Of a stretch of DNA of 30,594 nucleotides, positions 16,802 to 24,181 are shown in pieces (the stretch's first letter is position 1; each line of letters starts with the position of its first letter). Source of the DNA: an uncultured archaeon. Its GTDB lineage: Archaea > Altiarchaeota > Altiarchaeia > IMC4 > SCGC-AAA252-I15. The DNA lies in contig CAZPLO010000003.1 of the NCBI GenBank assembly GCA_964587725.1, positions 85,670 through 116,263 on the forward strand. The letters run 5' to 3'. A program made the position numbers and the translations under genes. The notes beneath the pieces were generated by a model that saw nothing but the letters and a program-made list of their open reading frames with translations, was not told the DNA's origin and ran no database searches.

Positions 16802-16853
16802 ACAGTTTAAAGAAAACCTTAAACAGTTTAAAGGAAAGTTTAAACTGTTTCAG
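16791..16853. repeat. Three imperfect tandem 21-bp AT-rich repeats with palindromic core
   Basis: GGAAAGTTTAAACAGTTTAAA / GAAAACCTTAAACAGTTTAAA / GGAAAGTTTAAACTGTTTCAG. Confidence 0.85.
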
Positions 16854-17148
16854 ATTTCACCCATTCTTCGTATTCTGGGTTGGCTTCCACCTCATACTTC
16901 ACTATGCAGGGGACTTCGTCGGGGTGGCTGGCTTTCACCTCCTCCACGAGTTTCTCCCAGTTTTCGGCGGTGGTTTTCACGTTGGCGGCGACTTCGCCGG
17001 CCTGCTCTATCCTGCCCTCCCACCAGTAGCTGCTTTGGACGGGGTAGATGTTGGCGCAGGCTATTATCTTTTTGTTCAGCAGCTGCCCGACTATGCGGCC
17101 GGCGTCCTCTGCGGTCGGGAATGTGATGTAGATGTCGAGGAAAGACAT
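16840..17148 (-). CDS. cutA: Divalent-cation tolerance protein CutA
   Basis: IACANI, SYWWEGRIE, KTT, HPDEVPCI, YEEWV. Confidence 0.95.
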   Translation of the reverse strand: MSFLDIYITFPTAEDAGRIVGQLLNKKIIACANIYPVQSSYWWEGRIEQAGEVAANVKTTAENWEKLVEEVKASHPDEVPCIVKYEVEANPEYEEWVKSETV

Positions 17149-17170
17149 AATATGGATTATGCGTAGCCTA

Positions 17171-17833
17171 TTAAATCCTTTTCTCGCAGATGCCTTCCAG
17201 ACAGCATCCTCCGCACAATGGACTGGTCTTGCACGTGTTTTTCCCGTGCTCCACTATCAACGCGTGGTATTCGTTGTATAGGCCGGCGTCTTCCGGCAGA
17301 CTGGATTCGAAGAACCCCTTCACCTCATCGTATGACACACCCGGTTCGAACCAACCCATCCGCGTGAATATCCTCTTCGTGTAGGCGTCGACGACGAAAG
17401 ACGGCTTGCCGAGGGCGTACAAGAGTATGCTGTCCGCGGTCTCCGGCCCTATGCCCCACACCCCCAGCAGCTGCTCCCGCAGCCCATCCAATGGCGCATC
17501 CCCCATATCCTCCACCACCCCATCATACTCCTCCCGCAGGAACCCTACGAACTCCTTAAGCTTCCGCGCCTTAACGTTATGGTACAGCGACGGACGTATG
17601 AGGCGGGCCAGTTTGTCCTTCCTAACGGAAGCCAAGCCATCAGGATTCAACACCCCCTCAGCCTTCAGATCCCCTAAGGCCTTCTCCACGTTCCGCCAGG
17701 AGGTGGACTGGGTCAGTATGGCCCCCACACACACCTCGAATGGCGTGTCCGCCGGCCACCAACGCTGCCGCCCGTATTCTGTGAGAAGCAGGTCGAATAT
17801 CTGCTCAGCCCTTCTTCTTCCCCTTCCGGTCAT
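17171..17833 (-). CDS. Endonuclease III-related HhH-GPD DNA glycosylase with Fe-S motif
   Basis: WWPA, EVCVGAILTQ, LLGVWGIGPETADSILLYA, VVDAY, C-terminal C-x5-C-x2-C-x5-C; Glu at the lyase Lys position. Confidence 0.92.
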   Translation of the reverse strand: MTGRGRRRAEQIFDLLLTEYGRQRWWPADTPFEVCVGAILTQSTSWRNVEKALGDLKAEGVLNPDGLASVRKDKLARLIRPSLYHNVKARKLKEFVGFLREEYDGVVEDMGDAPLDGLREQLLGVWGIGPETADSILLYALGKPSFVVDAYTKRIFTRMGWFEPGVSYDEVKGFFESSLPEDAGLYNEYHALIVEHGKNTCKTSPLCGGCCLEGICEKRI

Positions 17834-19586
17834 GGTACTGGTGTATCTTCTCCTCCACTGAGGTTACGAACGAGAACTCGTACTTGCTCAGCGTCTCCTC
17901 GTGCTCGACTGTCAGCAGCTCCTCGACGTGGTTTTCCCTCAGCTTCTCCAGCTTATGGCGGTCTTTCAGGTAGCCTTCCACTATGTCCGACACCACCACC
18001 CCCGACAGCATCCTCGGCACAATAACGTAGTCTGCGCCGTAGTCGTACAGTTCCAGCGCCTGCCGGACGTTTTCGGCGGTAACGATCACCGGCGTCTTCC
18101 GGTTGTGGAATTTGGTCTCGCTTATCAGCAGCATGCTGTCTTCCTCGTCGACGACCGTGGAAATCACCAAATCGGTTTTGTCAAGGTGTAGTTTGTCGAG
18201 GACGTCTATGTCGCCGACGTCACCGTATATGCACGGCAGCCCCTCCTTGATGAGGGTCTTCACCCGCTCCGGGTTGAAGTCGACTATGATGAAGTCTTTC
18301 CCGTCCTTCTCCAGGGTCTTGGCTATCGAGTATCCCATCCGGTGGCACCCGCATACGACGGTGTGTGTGCCGGTGGGCTCCTCAACCTCCATCTGCGGGG
18401 TCTTCTCCACCGACGAGAACCGGTCGAATATCATCAGGTTCTCCGAAATCATGTGATACAGCTGTTTGTCGTATTTTATGGTATATGAGGTGAGGGTTAT
18501 GCTGGCGACGGCGATGAACGCTATGATGGAGAACAGTTCCGCGGAGATGTGTTCCATGATGAGGCCCTGCATGGCGATGATGAGGCTGAACTCGCTTATC
18601 TGCAGCAGTGATATGCCGGTGAGGAACGACACCCGCCTACCGTAACCCATCAACGAGGTGAGGAACATCATCACCACCGGCTTCACCGCGATGACCACGG
18701 TCAGCAGCACTATCGTCGGCAGTATTATGGTGGTTATGTCCTGGAACCACACCTCCATACCCAGGGACACGAAGAATATGATGGCGAAGAAGTCCCGCAG
18801 GCTCCGGACCTTCCCCACCACCTCCAGGTTGTATGGGAAGGCGGCGACGGCGATGCCCGCTATGAAGGCGCCTATGGCCACTGAAAACCCGGCCATGTCG
18901 CTCATCTTCGCGAACAAAAAGAAGAACGACAGCGCGGTCAGGAACATGAGCTCATGGGATTTGGATATCCTCTTGAATATGCTGGGTATCACGTATTTGC
19001 TGGCCACCACGGCCATGGAAAACAGTCCCGCCCCGAACACCAGGGACTCGGCGAGGGAGATGGGTGTGAGGTTGTCCAGGGTGCTCAACACCGACAACGC
19101 CATTATGACGGTGACGTCCTGCATCAGCAGCACACCCAGTATGATGCGCCCGTGTAGGGTTTCGAGCTCGTTTTTGTCCGACAGTATCTTTATCACCACC
19201 ATGGTGCTGGAGAACGTGAGCGCCAGTCCGAGGTACACAGCCTCCATGTTGCTGAAGCCCATGTTGAAAGAAAGGAAGGCCGCCAACGAGAAAATAACCA
19301 GTCCGGAAATCACCGCCACCGTTGAGGCGGCGACCCCAACGTCCCGGAGACGTCTTAAATCCAGTTCCAGGCCGACTATGAACAGGAGGAATGCTATCCC
19401 CAGCTCCGACAGGTTGCGTATGACCTCGGAGTTCGTTATCAGCTTCAGCCCCAGGGGGCCTATGATGATACCTGCGAACACGTACGCCGGAATCAGCGGC
19501 TGCCGGAGAATCCTGGTCAAGTGTGCCAGAAGCGTAGCCGACACGATTATCAAGCCGATATCCCATAGGACAATGTCTTCAATCAT
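17805..19586 (-). CDS. CPA2/Kef-type cation:proton antiporter with TrkA-N (RCK) domain
   Basis: ELGIAFLLFIVGLE, FSSTMVVIK, LLMQD, QISEFS; VVCGCHRMG, IYGD, GADYVIVP. Confidence 0.93.
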   Translation of the reverse strand: MIEDIVLWDIGLIIVSATLLAHLTRILRQPLIPAYVFAGIIIGPLGLKLITNSEVIRNLSELGIAFLLFIVGLELDLRRLRDVGVAASTVAVISGLVIFSLAAFLSFNMGFSNMEAVYLGLALTFSSTMVVIKILSDKNELETLHGRIILGVLLMQDVTVIMALSVLSTLDNLTPISLAESLVFGAGLFSMAVVASKYVIPSIFKRISKSHELMFLTALSFFFLFAKMSDMAGFSVAIGAFIAGIAVAAFPYNLEVVGKVRSLRDFFAIIFFVSLGMEVWFQDITTIILPTIVLLTVVIAVKPVVMMFLTSLMGYGRRVSFLTGISLLQISEFSLIIAMQGLIMEHISAELFSIIAFIAVASITLTSYTIKYDKQLYHMISENLMIFDRFSSVEKTPQMEVEEPTGTHTVVCGCHRMGYSIAKTLEKDGKDFIIVDFNPERVKTLIKEGLPCIYGDVGDIDVLDKLHLDKTDLVISTVVDEEDSMLLISETKFHNRKTPVIVTAENVRQALELYDYGADYVIVPRMLSGVVVSDIVEGYLKDRHKLEKLRENHVEELLTVEHEETLSKYEFSFVTSVEEKIHQYHDRKGKKKG

Positions 19587-20338
19587 CTCTCAAACAAGTT
19601 TCTGCCCCCCAATAGTATGTTCTCGTCCCGTAAATGATTTGGCATATCCTCTACATATCCGTACCAGTACACTACGAGGCCGAGGCCGAACAATCCCACG
19701 TAGTGGCTCAACTGCTTACCGTAGTCTCTCTTGTACTCTGTTTCGTCTCCGAAGCTGGCCTTGCACTCTATCCAGTTAACCCACTTTCCCTGCATCTTCA
19801 AGGGGCTCTCCAGTTTGAAGTCGGGGGTCTTCCGGTAGTTGTGTTTCTTCGCCTCCTGCTCCGTAAGATACTTCACCCGCCTCATGTCCAGCCACTTCTT
19901 CACCTTGTGTTCCACGTCCTTGCCGCGTTCCCACTGTATCCTCGTCCCCTCAGGCGAGTATATGAGCTCCTCGTCGAGCACGTCGTTCAGCTCCTTCTTC
20001 AGCCGTTTATCTGGTATGCCGTGCGGGTCTTTCAAATAGTTTTTGAACTGTTTCTTGCCTACTCCGGTGTGCTGGAGCATCAGGGAGGCGGTCAAAACGG
20101 GGGGGAAGTCCTCTTCCTCGGATATTTCGATGAAGCTTTTCCCGTGCATCCAGTCCCCTATGAGGGTGGGAGCCCTTTTTTTGACCCTGTAGTAGTCTCT
20201 CTTCGTTTTTCTGACGATTTTCTGGGACAGTATGACCAGAAGCAGTTCCTCATCCAACCCCTCCTCCGAAGCCAGTTTCTTTATGTCCGAGCGTCGGTTA
20301 AGCCTGTCGTATATGCTCTGGTATTCGGTGGAGTTCAT
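19583..20338 (-). CDS. C15orf41/CDIN1 (TPD) family PD-(D/E)XK nuclease-like protein
   Basis: Helical N-terminus with FPPVLTA, then KTPDF...WIECKASFGD...QLSHY..LFG.GLVVYWYGY. Confidence 0.9.
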   Translation of the reverse strand: MNSTEYQSIYDRLNRRSDIKKLASEEGLDEELLLVILSQKIVRKTKRDYYRVKKRAPTLIGDWMHGKSFIEISEEEDFPPVLTASLMLQHTGVGKKQFKNYLKDPHGIPDKRLKKELNDVLDEELIYSPEGTRIQWERGKDVEHKVKKWLDMRRVKYLTEQEAKKHNYRKTPDFKLESPLKMQGKWVNWIECKASFGDETEYKRDYGKQLSHYVGLFGLGLVVYWYGYVEDMPNHLRDENILLGGRNLFER

Positions 20339-20415
20339 TTTTCCGGCGAGCCAACCCCACCCCCGGCCTGTGGAAGGTAATACTATTTAAGCGGTGTCCT
20401 TTATAATTTAAAACC

Positions 20416-20735
20416 CTGGTTTCCGGTTTAGAATCATACGCTCCCCGGCTCATACGCAGGCCGGAGCGGGAGTTTTTCCGGCTGATACTGAAGTATTTCG
20501 ACGACGTAATGGACCACGTCACCCTACTCTCCAAGGAGGTCGAATGTGTCACAGGCGCCGGTTTCCGCGGCTGTGAGGGTGTCACAGCCTCCTCTACAAC
20601 AGGGTTTTGGAGGTGGTGAAGACGAAGCGGGCGTACCGCATGGAGCTGCAGAGGAAGGAGAAACTGGTTCAGAAGCTCCGCGACATGGAAGTCCGGGAGG
20701 TGGTGGCGGAATTGGAGAAGCTGAGGAAGGGTTAG
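20416..20735 (+). pseudogene. Small gene split across two frames (frameshift or recoding near 20574-20580)
   Basis: Frame A (CTG 20416) LVSGLESY...ECVTGAGFRGCEG; frame B CHSLLYNRVLEVVK...ELEKLRKG* ends at 20735 with a 4-bp stop overlap; one extra G at 20577-20579 joins them into 106 aa. Confidence 0.6.
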
Positions 20736-21220
20736 ATGTTGTGGATGTCCGCCTTCATCTCCTTGGGGTCCAGCAGCGCTACGGTCCTCACACCCGTCAG
20801 GTAGCCGCATGTTTCGCCGGGGTTCACCACCATCGTATCCCCATCCAATGTTATTTCGGGGGTGTGGGTGTGACCGGTTATGACTATGTCGTAGCCTCCT
20901 GACTCGACGAAGGCTTCGAGTATGGTGGGGTTGTGTCCGTGGTAGACTACGATCTCCTTCTCGTCGTATGTGAGCTCCAGGAGCTCGGCGAGTTCGGTGC
21001 TGAGTTCCTCGAGTTTCTTGTTCAAATTGGGTATGTCGCCTTCGTTGTTGCCGTACACCGCCTTGAAGTCGCAGTCGAGTTTCTTGAACGCCTCCACCGT
21101 GAACGGGGACACCAGGTCGCCTGCGTGAAGTACCAGGTCGACGCCCTCCTGGTTGAAGAACTCCACGGCCTTGGCTATGGCCTCCATGTTGTCGTGGCTG
21201 TCGCACATAACCCCTATCAT
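20732..21220 (-). CDS. Metallophosphoesterase, YfcE/MJ0936 family
   Basis: DSHDN, HAGD, GNNE, YHG, GHTH, VNPGE motifs. Confidence 0.95.
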   Translation of the reverse strand: MIGVMCDSHDNMEAIAKAVEFFNQEGVDLVLHAGDLVSPFTVEAFKKLDCDFKAVYGNNEGDIPNLNKKLEELSTELAELLELTYDEKEIVVYHGHNPTILEAFVESGGYDIVITGHTHTPEITLDGDTMVVNPGETCGYLTGVRTVALLDPKEMKADIHNI

Positions 21221-21255
21221 CCCTTACCTATTGTTTTCACGCCTATTAAAGGGTT

Positions 21256-22473
21256 TCAGAAACGGTCGTACCGTATGCCGACGACACTGGTATTGTATGT
21301 GCACCGTTCGGCGGCCACCGCCTCCCAGGTGGTGTTGGCGAGGTCCCCGAACGACAGCGAATAGGTGAAGTGTTTTATGTATCGGACTCCGGGGTCCATT
21401 TTACCCGCATGCTTGAGGGGTATGTCCTTGAGCGTCCATTCGGTTGGGAGGCTGCTGTTCTCCAGGGTCCCCCGCTCCCCCACACTCCACGGCTCCCCTG
21501 TGGTGTTGGTCATGTTTTCATTGTACTGGTCTATGACGAAGGTGTTGCGTCTCACGTCGACTCCGGGGGGGCACCACCTGCTTATCCTGAAGGTATAGTT
21601 TACGCCGTCTGTGTAGTCCGAGCCGGTGTTCGAGACTCTGATGTTGGTTTCGAACGCCGCCACAGCCTCACCAGCCGCGGGTTTCGCCTGGTTGAAGTCC
21701 AAATACATCTTCAGCCGGTGTATGAGGTCGTTGTTGACGGTTGTTTCAACGCTGGCGAGGGTGACGTTCACCGCCGCCGAGTCGGTGGTTAGCGGTTGGC
21801 TGTCGACTCCGTCATTGTATCTGTCGTCGTCGGTGTTCGAGTCCAGGGGGTCTGTCCCCGTCACCTTAACCTCCTGGTAGTCTGTGAGGCCGTCCCCGTC
21901 CGTGTCCTTCTTTCGTTTGTCTGTGCCGTAGTTTTCTTCCGCCACGTCGGATAGGCCGTCGCCGTCGGTGTCCAGGGCGTGGCATATGTTTTCCCTGCAC
22001 GTGTAACCTGTCCTGCACTTCTTCGCCTTATAGTATATGTCTGTGCAGCATTCGTATTCGGCGGGGCACTCGTCTCTGACGCATTTGTAGTCGACGCATT
22101 CTATGGGGCCGGGGCATTCCTTCAGTTGGTACATGCCGAGGACGCAGCATTCGTACGGGCAGGGGCGGTCGACGCAGGTGTGGTTGACGCACGCGAACCA
22201 CTCCCCGCAATCTTTCACCCTATATTGTTCGCCGGTGCAGCATTCATGCGGACACGGTATCTTTGCCGCAGTGGTTGTAGTGGCTGTTGTGGTGGTCGTT
22301 GTGGCCTGGACCGCATCCTCCTCCACCCTCTGCTCGGCCAAATACTCCTGTATGAAGGCGTCGGTGTCGTCTTCCACGACCTCAACATCCTCCTCACCCC
22401 CCAATATGAGGTCGAGGCAGCCCGACAGCAGCAGCACCGTCAAAACCGCCGCATACGCCCCCTCAGTGTCCAC
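21256..22473 (-). CDS. Lipoprotein with Thr linker, three 6-Cys repeats and DTDGDG Ca-binding repeats
   Basis: LLLSGC lipobox; CPHECC/CPYECC/CPAEYECC repeats; DTDGDGLSD, DTDGDGLTD; GTG start. Confidence 0.85.
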   Translation of the reverse strand: MDTEGAYAAVLTVLLLSGCLDLILGGEEDVEVVEDDTDAFIQEYLAEQRVEEDAVQATTTTTTATTTTAAKIPCPHECCTGEQYRVKDCGEWFACVNHTCVDRPCPYECCVLGMYQLKECPGPIECVDYKCVRDECPAEYECCTDIYYKAKKCRTGYTCRENICHALDTDGDGLSDVAEENYGTDKRKKDTDGDGLTDYQEVKVTGTDPLDSNTDDDRYNDGVDSQPLTTDSAAVNVTLASVETTVNNDLIHRLKMYLDFNQAKPAAGEAVAAFETNIRVSNTGSDYTDGVNYTFRISRWCPPGVDVRRNTFVIDQYNENMTNTTGEPWSVGERGTLENSSLPTEWTLKDIPLKHAGKMDPGVRYIKHFTYSLSFGDLANTTWEAVAAERCTYNTSVVGIRYDRF

Positions 22474-22524
22474 GGTGGTTATATATGCATTTAAACGCTA
22501 TATTATAACAGAGGTTGAGTTTGC

Positions 22525-22650
22525 ATGCCCACTGCGGAGAAACACCTTAGGGCGGCCGTTGAAGCAGGCGTCAACGAGAAGCTAGACCCCGTAATGGACA
22601 AGCTGCTGAAACGCACCAACCCAGATAAACTGATGAAATTCGAGGAGTAG
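22525..22650 (+). CDS. 41-aa micro-protein (not in ORF track), paralogue of the next gene
   Basis: MPTAEKHLRAAVEAGVNEKLDPVMDKLLKRTNPDKLMKFEE; SD-like GAGGTTGA; ungapped similarity to 22658-22861. Confidence 0.75.
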   Translation: MPTAEKHLRAAVEAGVNEKLDPVMDKLLKRTNPDKLMKFEE

Positions 22651-22657
22651 ACTCAAC

Positions 22658-22861
22658 ATGGCTTCTAAACGAGTGAAAGAGCACATGCTGCCCAAGAAGG
22701 CGAGGGAAAAGATAGACGAGGGCTTGGATACTGAACTCCATAACATGCTTGACCCGCTCGCCGCCAAACTCAATGAGAGGACCCGCGAGGACAGGATTAT
22801 GGTGGCTGAACCCCCCAAGGAGCAGTCGGAGTCCGGGCGTCAGAGGAAAAAGGCCGCCTAG
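22658..22861 (+). CDS. 67-aa small helical protein
   Basis: GAGGAG SD; shares LDP-x3-KL-x2-RT-x2-D-x2-M with the upstream micro-ORF; stop overlaps the ATPase stop (CTAG). Confidence 0.75.
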   Translation: MASKRVKEHMLPKKAREKIDEGLDTELHNMLDPLAAKLNERTREDRIMVAEPPKEQSESGRQRKKAA

Positions 22862-23598
22862 TCCGTCTTGTTGCCTATCAGCTTGAAGAACGCTTCCTGC
22901 AGGTTTCCGGTGCCCGTCTGTTTCAGTATGTTGTCTATGGTGTCGCAGGCCATTACGCGACCCCTGTTTATGACTAGTATGCGGTCGCAGAGTTCCGTTG
23001 CCTCATCCAACAAGTGTGTGGACAGTATGATGGTTTTCCCCCGTTCATGGAGTTTCTTCACCACACCCACCATCTTCCGCGCATACACCGGGTCGAGTCC
23101 GCTGGTGACCTCGTCCAGCAGCACCAGCTGGGGGTCGTGTATCAGCGTCTTGGCTATCGCCACCCGCCGGCGCTGCCCCTTCGACAGCGTCTTGATAACC
23201 TCGTCTATGTGCGACTCCATGTCCACCGTCCGCAGGCTCAAGTGCAACTGCTCCTCAACGCCTTCCACGCCGTAGAGTTCCGCTATGTAGTGGAGGTGGT
23301 CCCGCACCGTCATCTCCCCGTACAGGAAGTCCTCCTCCGGCAGGTACCCCGTCAACTCCTTCACCTTTATCTTGTCCTTGACGGTGTCGAAGCCGTTTAC
23401 CGTGCATCTGCCGTCGGTGGGGTCCAATACCCCGCATATCATACGCAAAGTAGTCGTCTTTCCGGCGCCGTTGGGTCCGAGGAACCCGAACACCTCCCCC
23501 TCCCCGACGGTGAAGGACACGTCTTCGACGGCGTAGTCTTCAGTGTATACTTTACCCAGCCCGTCGGCTATGACGAAATCAGGCATGATAGTAACCAT
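22858..23598 (-). CDS. ABC-2 type transporter ATP-binding protein
   Basis: Walker A GPNGAGKTT, signature LSKGQ, Walker B LLDE, D-loop SGLDP, H-switch STH. Confidence 0.96.
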   Translation of the reverse strand: MVTIMPDFVIADGLGKVYTEDYAVEDVSFTVGEGEVFGFLGPNGAGKTTTLRMICGVLDPTDGRCTVNGFDTVKDKIKVKELTGYLPEEDFLYGEMTVRDHLHYIAELYGVEGVEEQLHLSLRTVDMESHIDEVIKTLSKGQRRRVAIAKTLIHDPQLVLLDEVTSGLDPVYARKMVGVVKKLHERGKTIILSTHLLDEATELCDRILVINRGRVMACDTIDNILKQTGTGNLQEAFFKLIGNKTD

Positions 23599-23644
23599 TG
23601 GCTGTTGCTTTTTATAAAAGACAGGGTTTCCCGCTGGAGAGCGT

Positions 23645-24082
23645 CTACCTCAATGCTTCCTGAGCACTTCCCCTCGCGTCCTCGTTCATCCGCTGGCTTT
23701 CCTGGACGTCCACGACTGGCTGGTTGACTCGGGTGTCTCTGGTGCGGATGCCGACGGCCTCCGCCATCCACCCCACTCCGACTCTGTCGGCGAACCTCCC
23801 CAGCGCGGGTGCGCGTTCGACCCGCGTCTCCATCTCACGGTGTACGGTATCTGGAGTCTGCGCCTGCGCCTCCACGTTGGAGAAATCCGCTCTGATTTCC
23901 GCCTGCCGGGCCCTTATGTCCTGCAGACTATCTTCTTCCACACCCCCCCGTTTGGCGTTCAGCTCCTGCTGCTGCAGCCCCTGCAGTTCTCGCGCAGCAT
24001 CCTCCTGCTCGCGTTCGCTCATGGCGTGTCTGCCGTCGTCTTCCACGACATTCACCCTGGGCTTCCTCAACTCCGTCGCCAT
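23645..24082 (-). CDS. Hypothetical charged/Gln-rich protein
   Basis: 145-aa ORF with E/Q/R-rich helical composition; TTATAAA about 25 nt upstream of the ATG. Confidence 0.7.
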   Translation of the reverse strand: MATELRKPRVNVVEDDGRHAMSEREQEDAARELQGLQQQELNAKRGGVEEDSLQDIRARQAEIRADFSNVEAQAQTPDTVHREMETRVERAPALGRFADRVGVGWMAEAVGIRTRDTRVNQPVVDVQESQRMNEDARGSAQEALR

Positions 24083-24181
24083 CAGTTAATACCTGGAGTG
24101 ACGTGTTTATAACCCATCTGAAGCGGCTTTCCACTTGGTTGGTGTGGGTCTTTTATCCCGTGAAATCTGATTAATTCTACT

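Noticed and set aside
16791-16853. Possible mini-CRISPR or dif site
   Set aside because: Repeats are contiguous with no spacers, no cas genes are present, and the layout does not fit the 11-6-11 dif structure.
18658-19779. 373-aa ORF antisense to the Kef antiporter
   Set aside because: Shadow frame of a hydrophobic GC-biased gene; no motifs.
20298-21206. 302-aa minus-strand ORF and the 20546-20902 plus-strand ORF
   Set aside because: Alternate or antisense frames overlapping the phosphoesterase; Arg/Pro- or Gly-rich shadow composition with no motifs.
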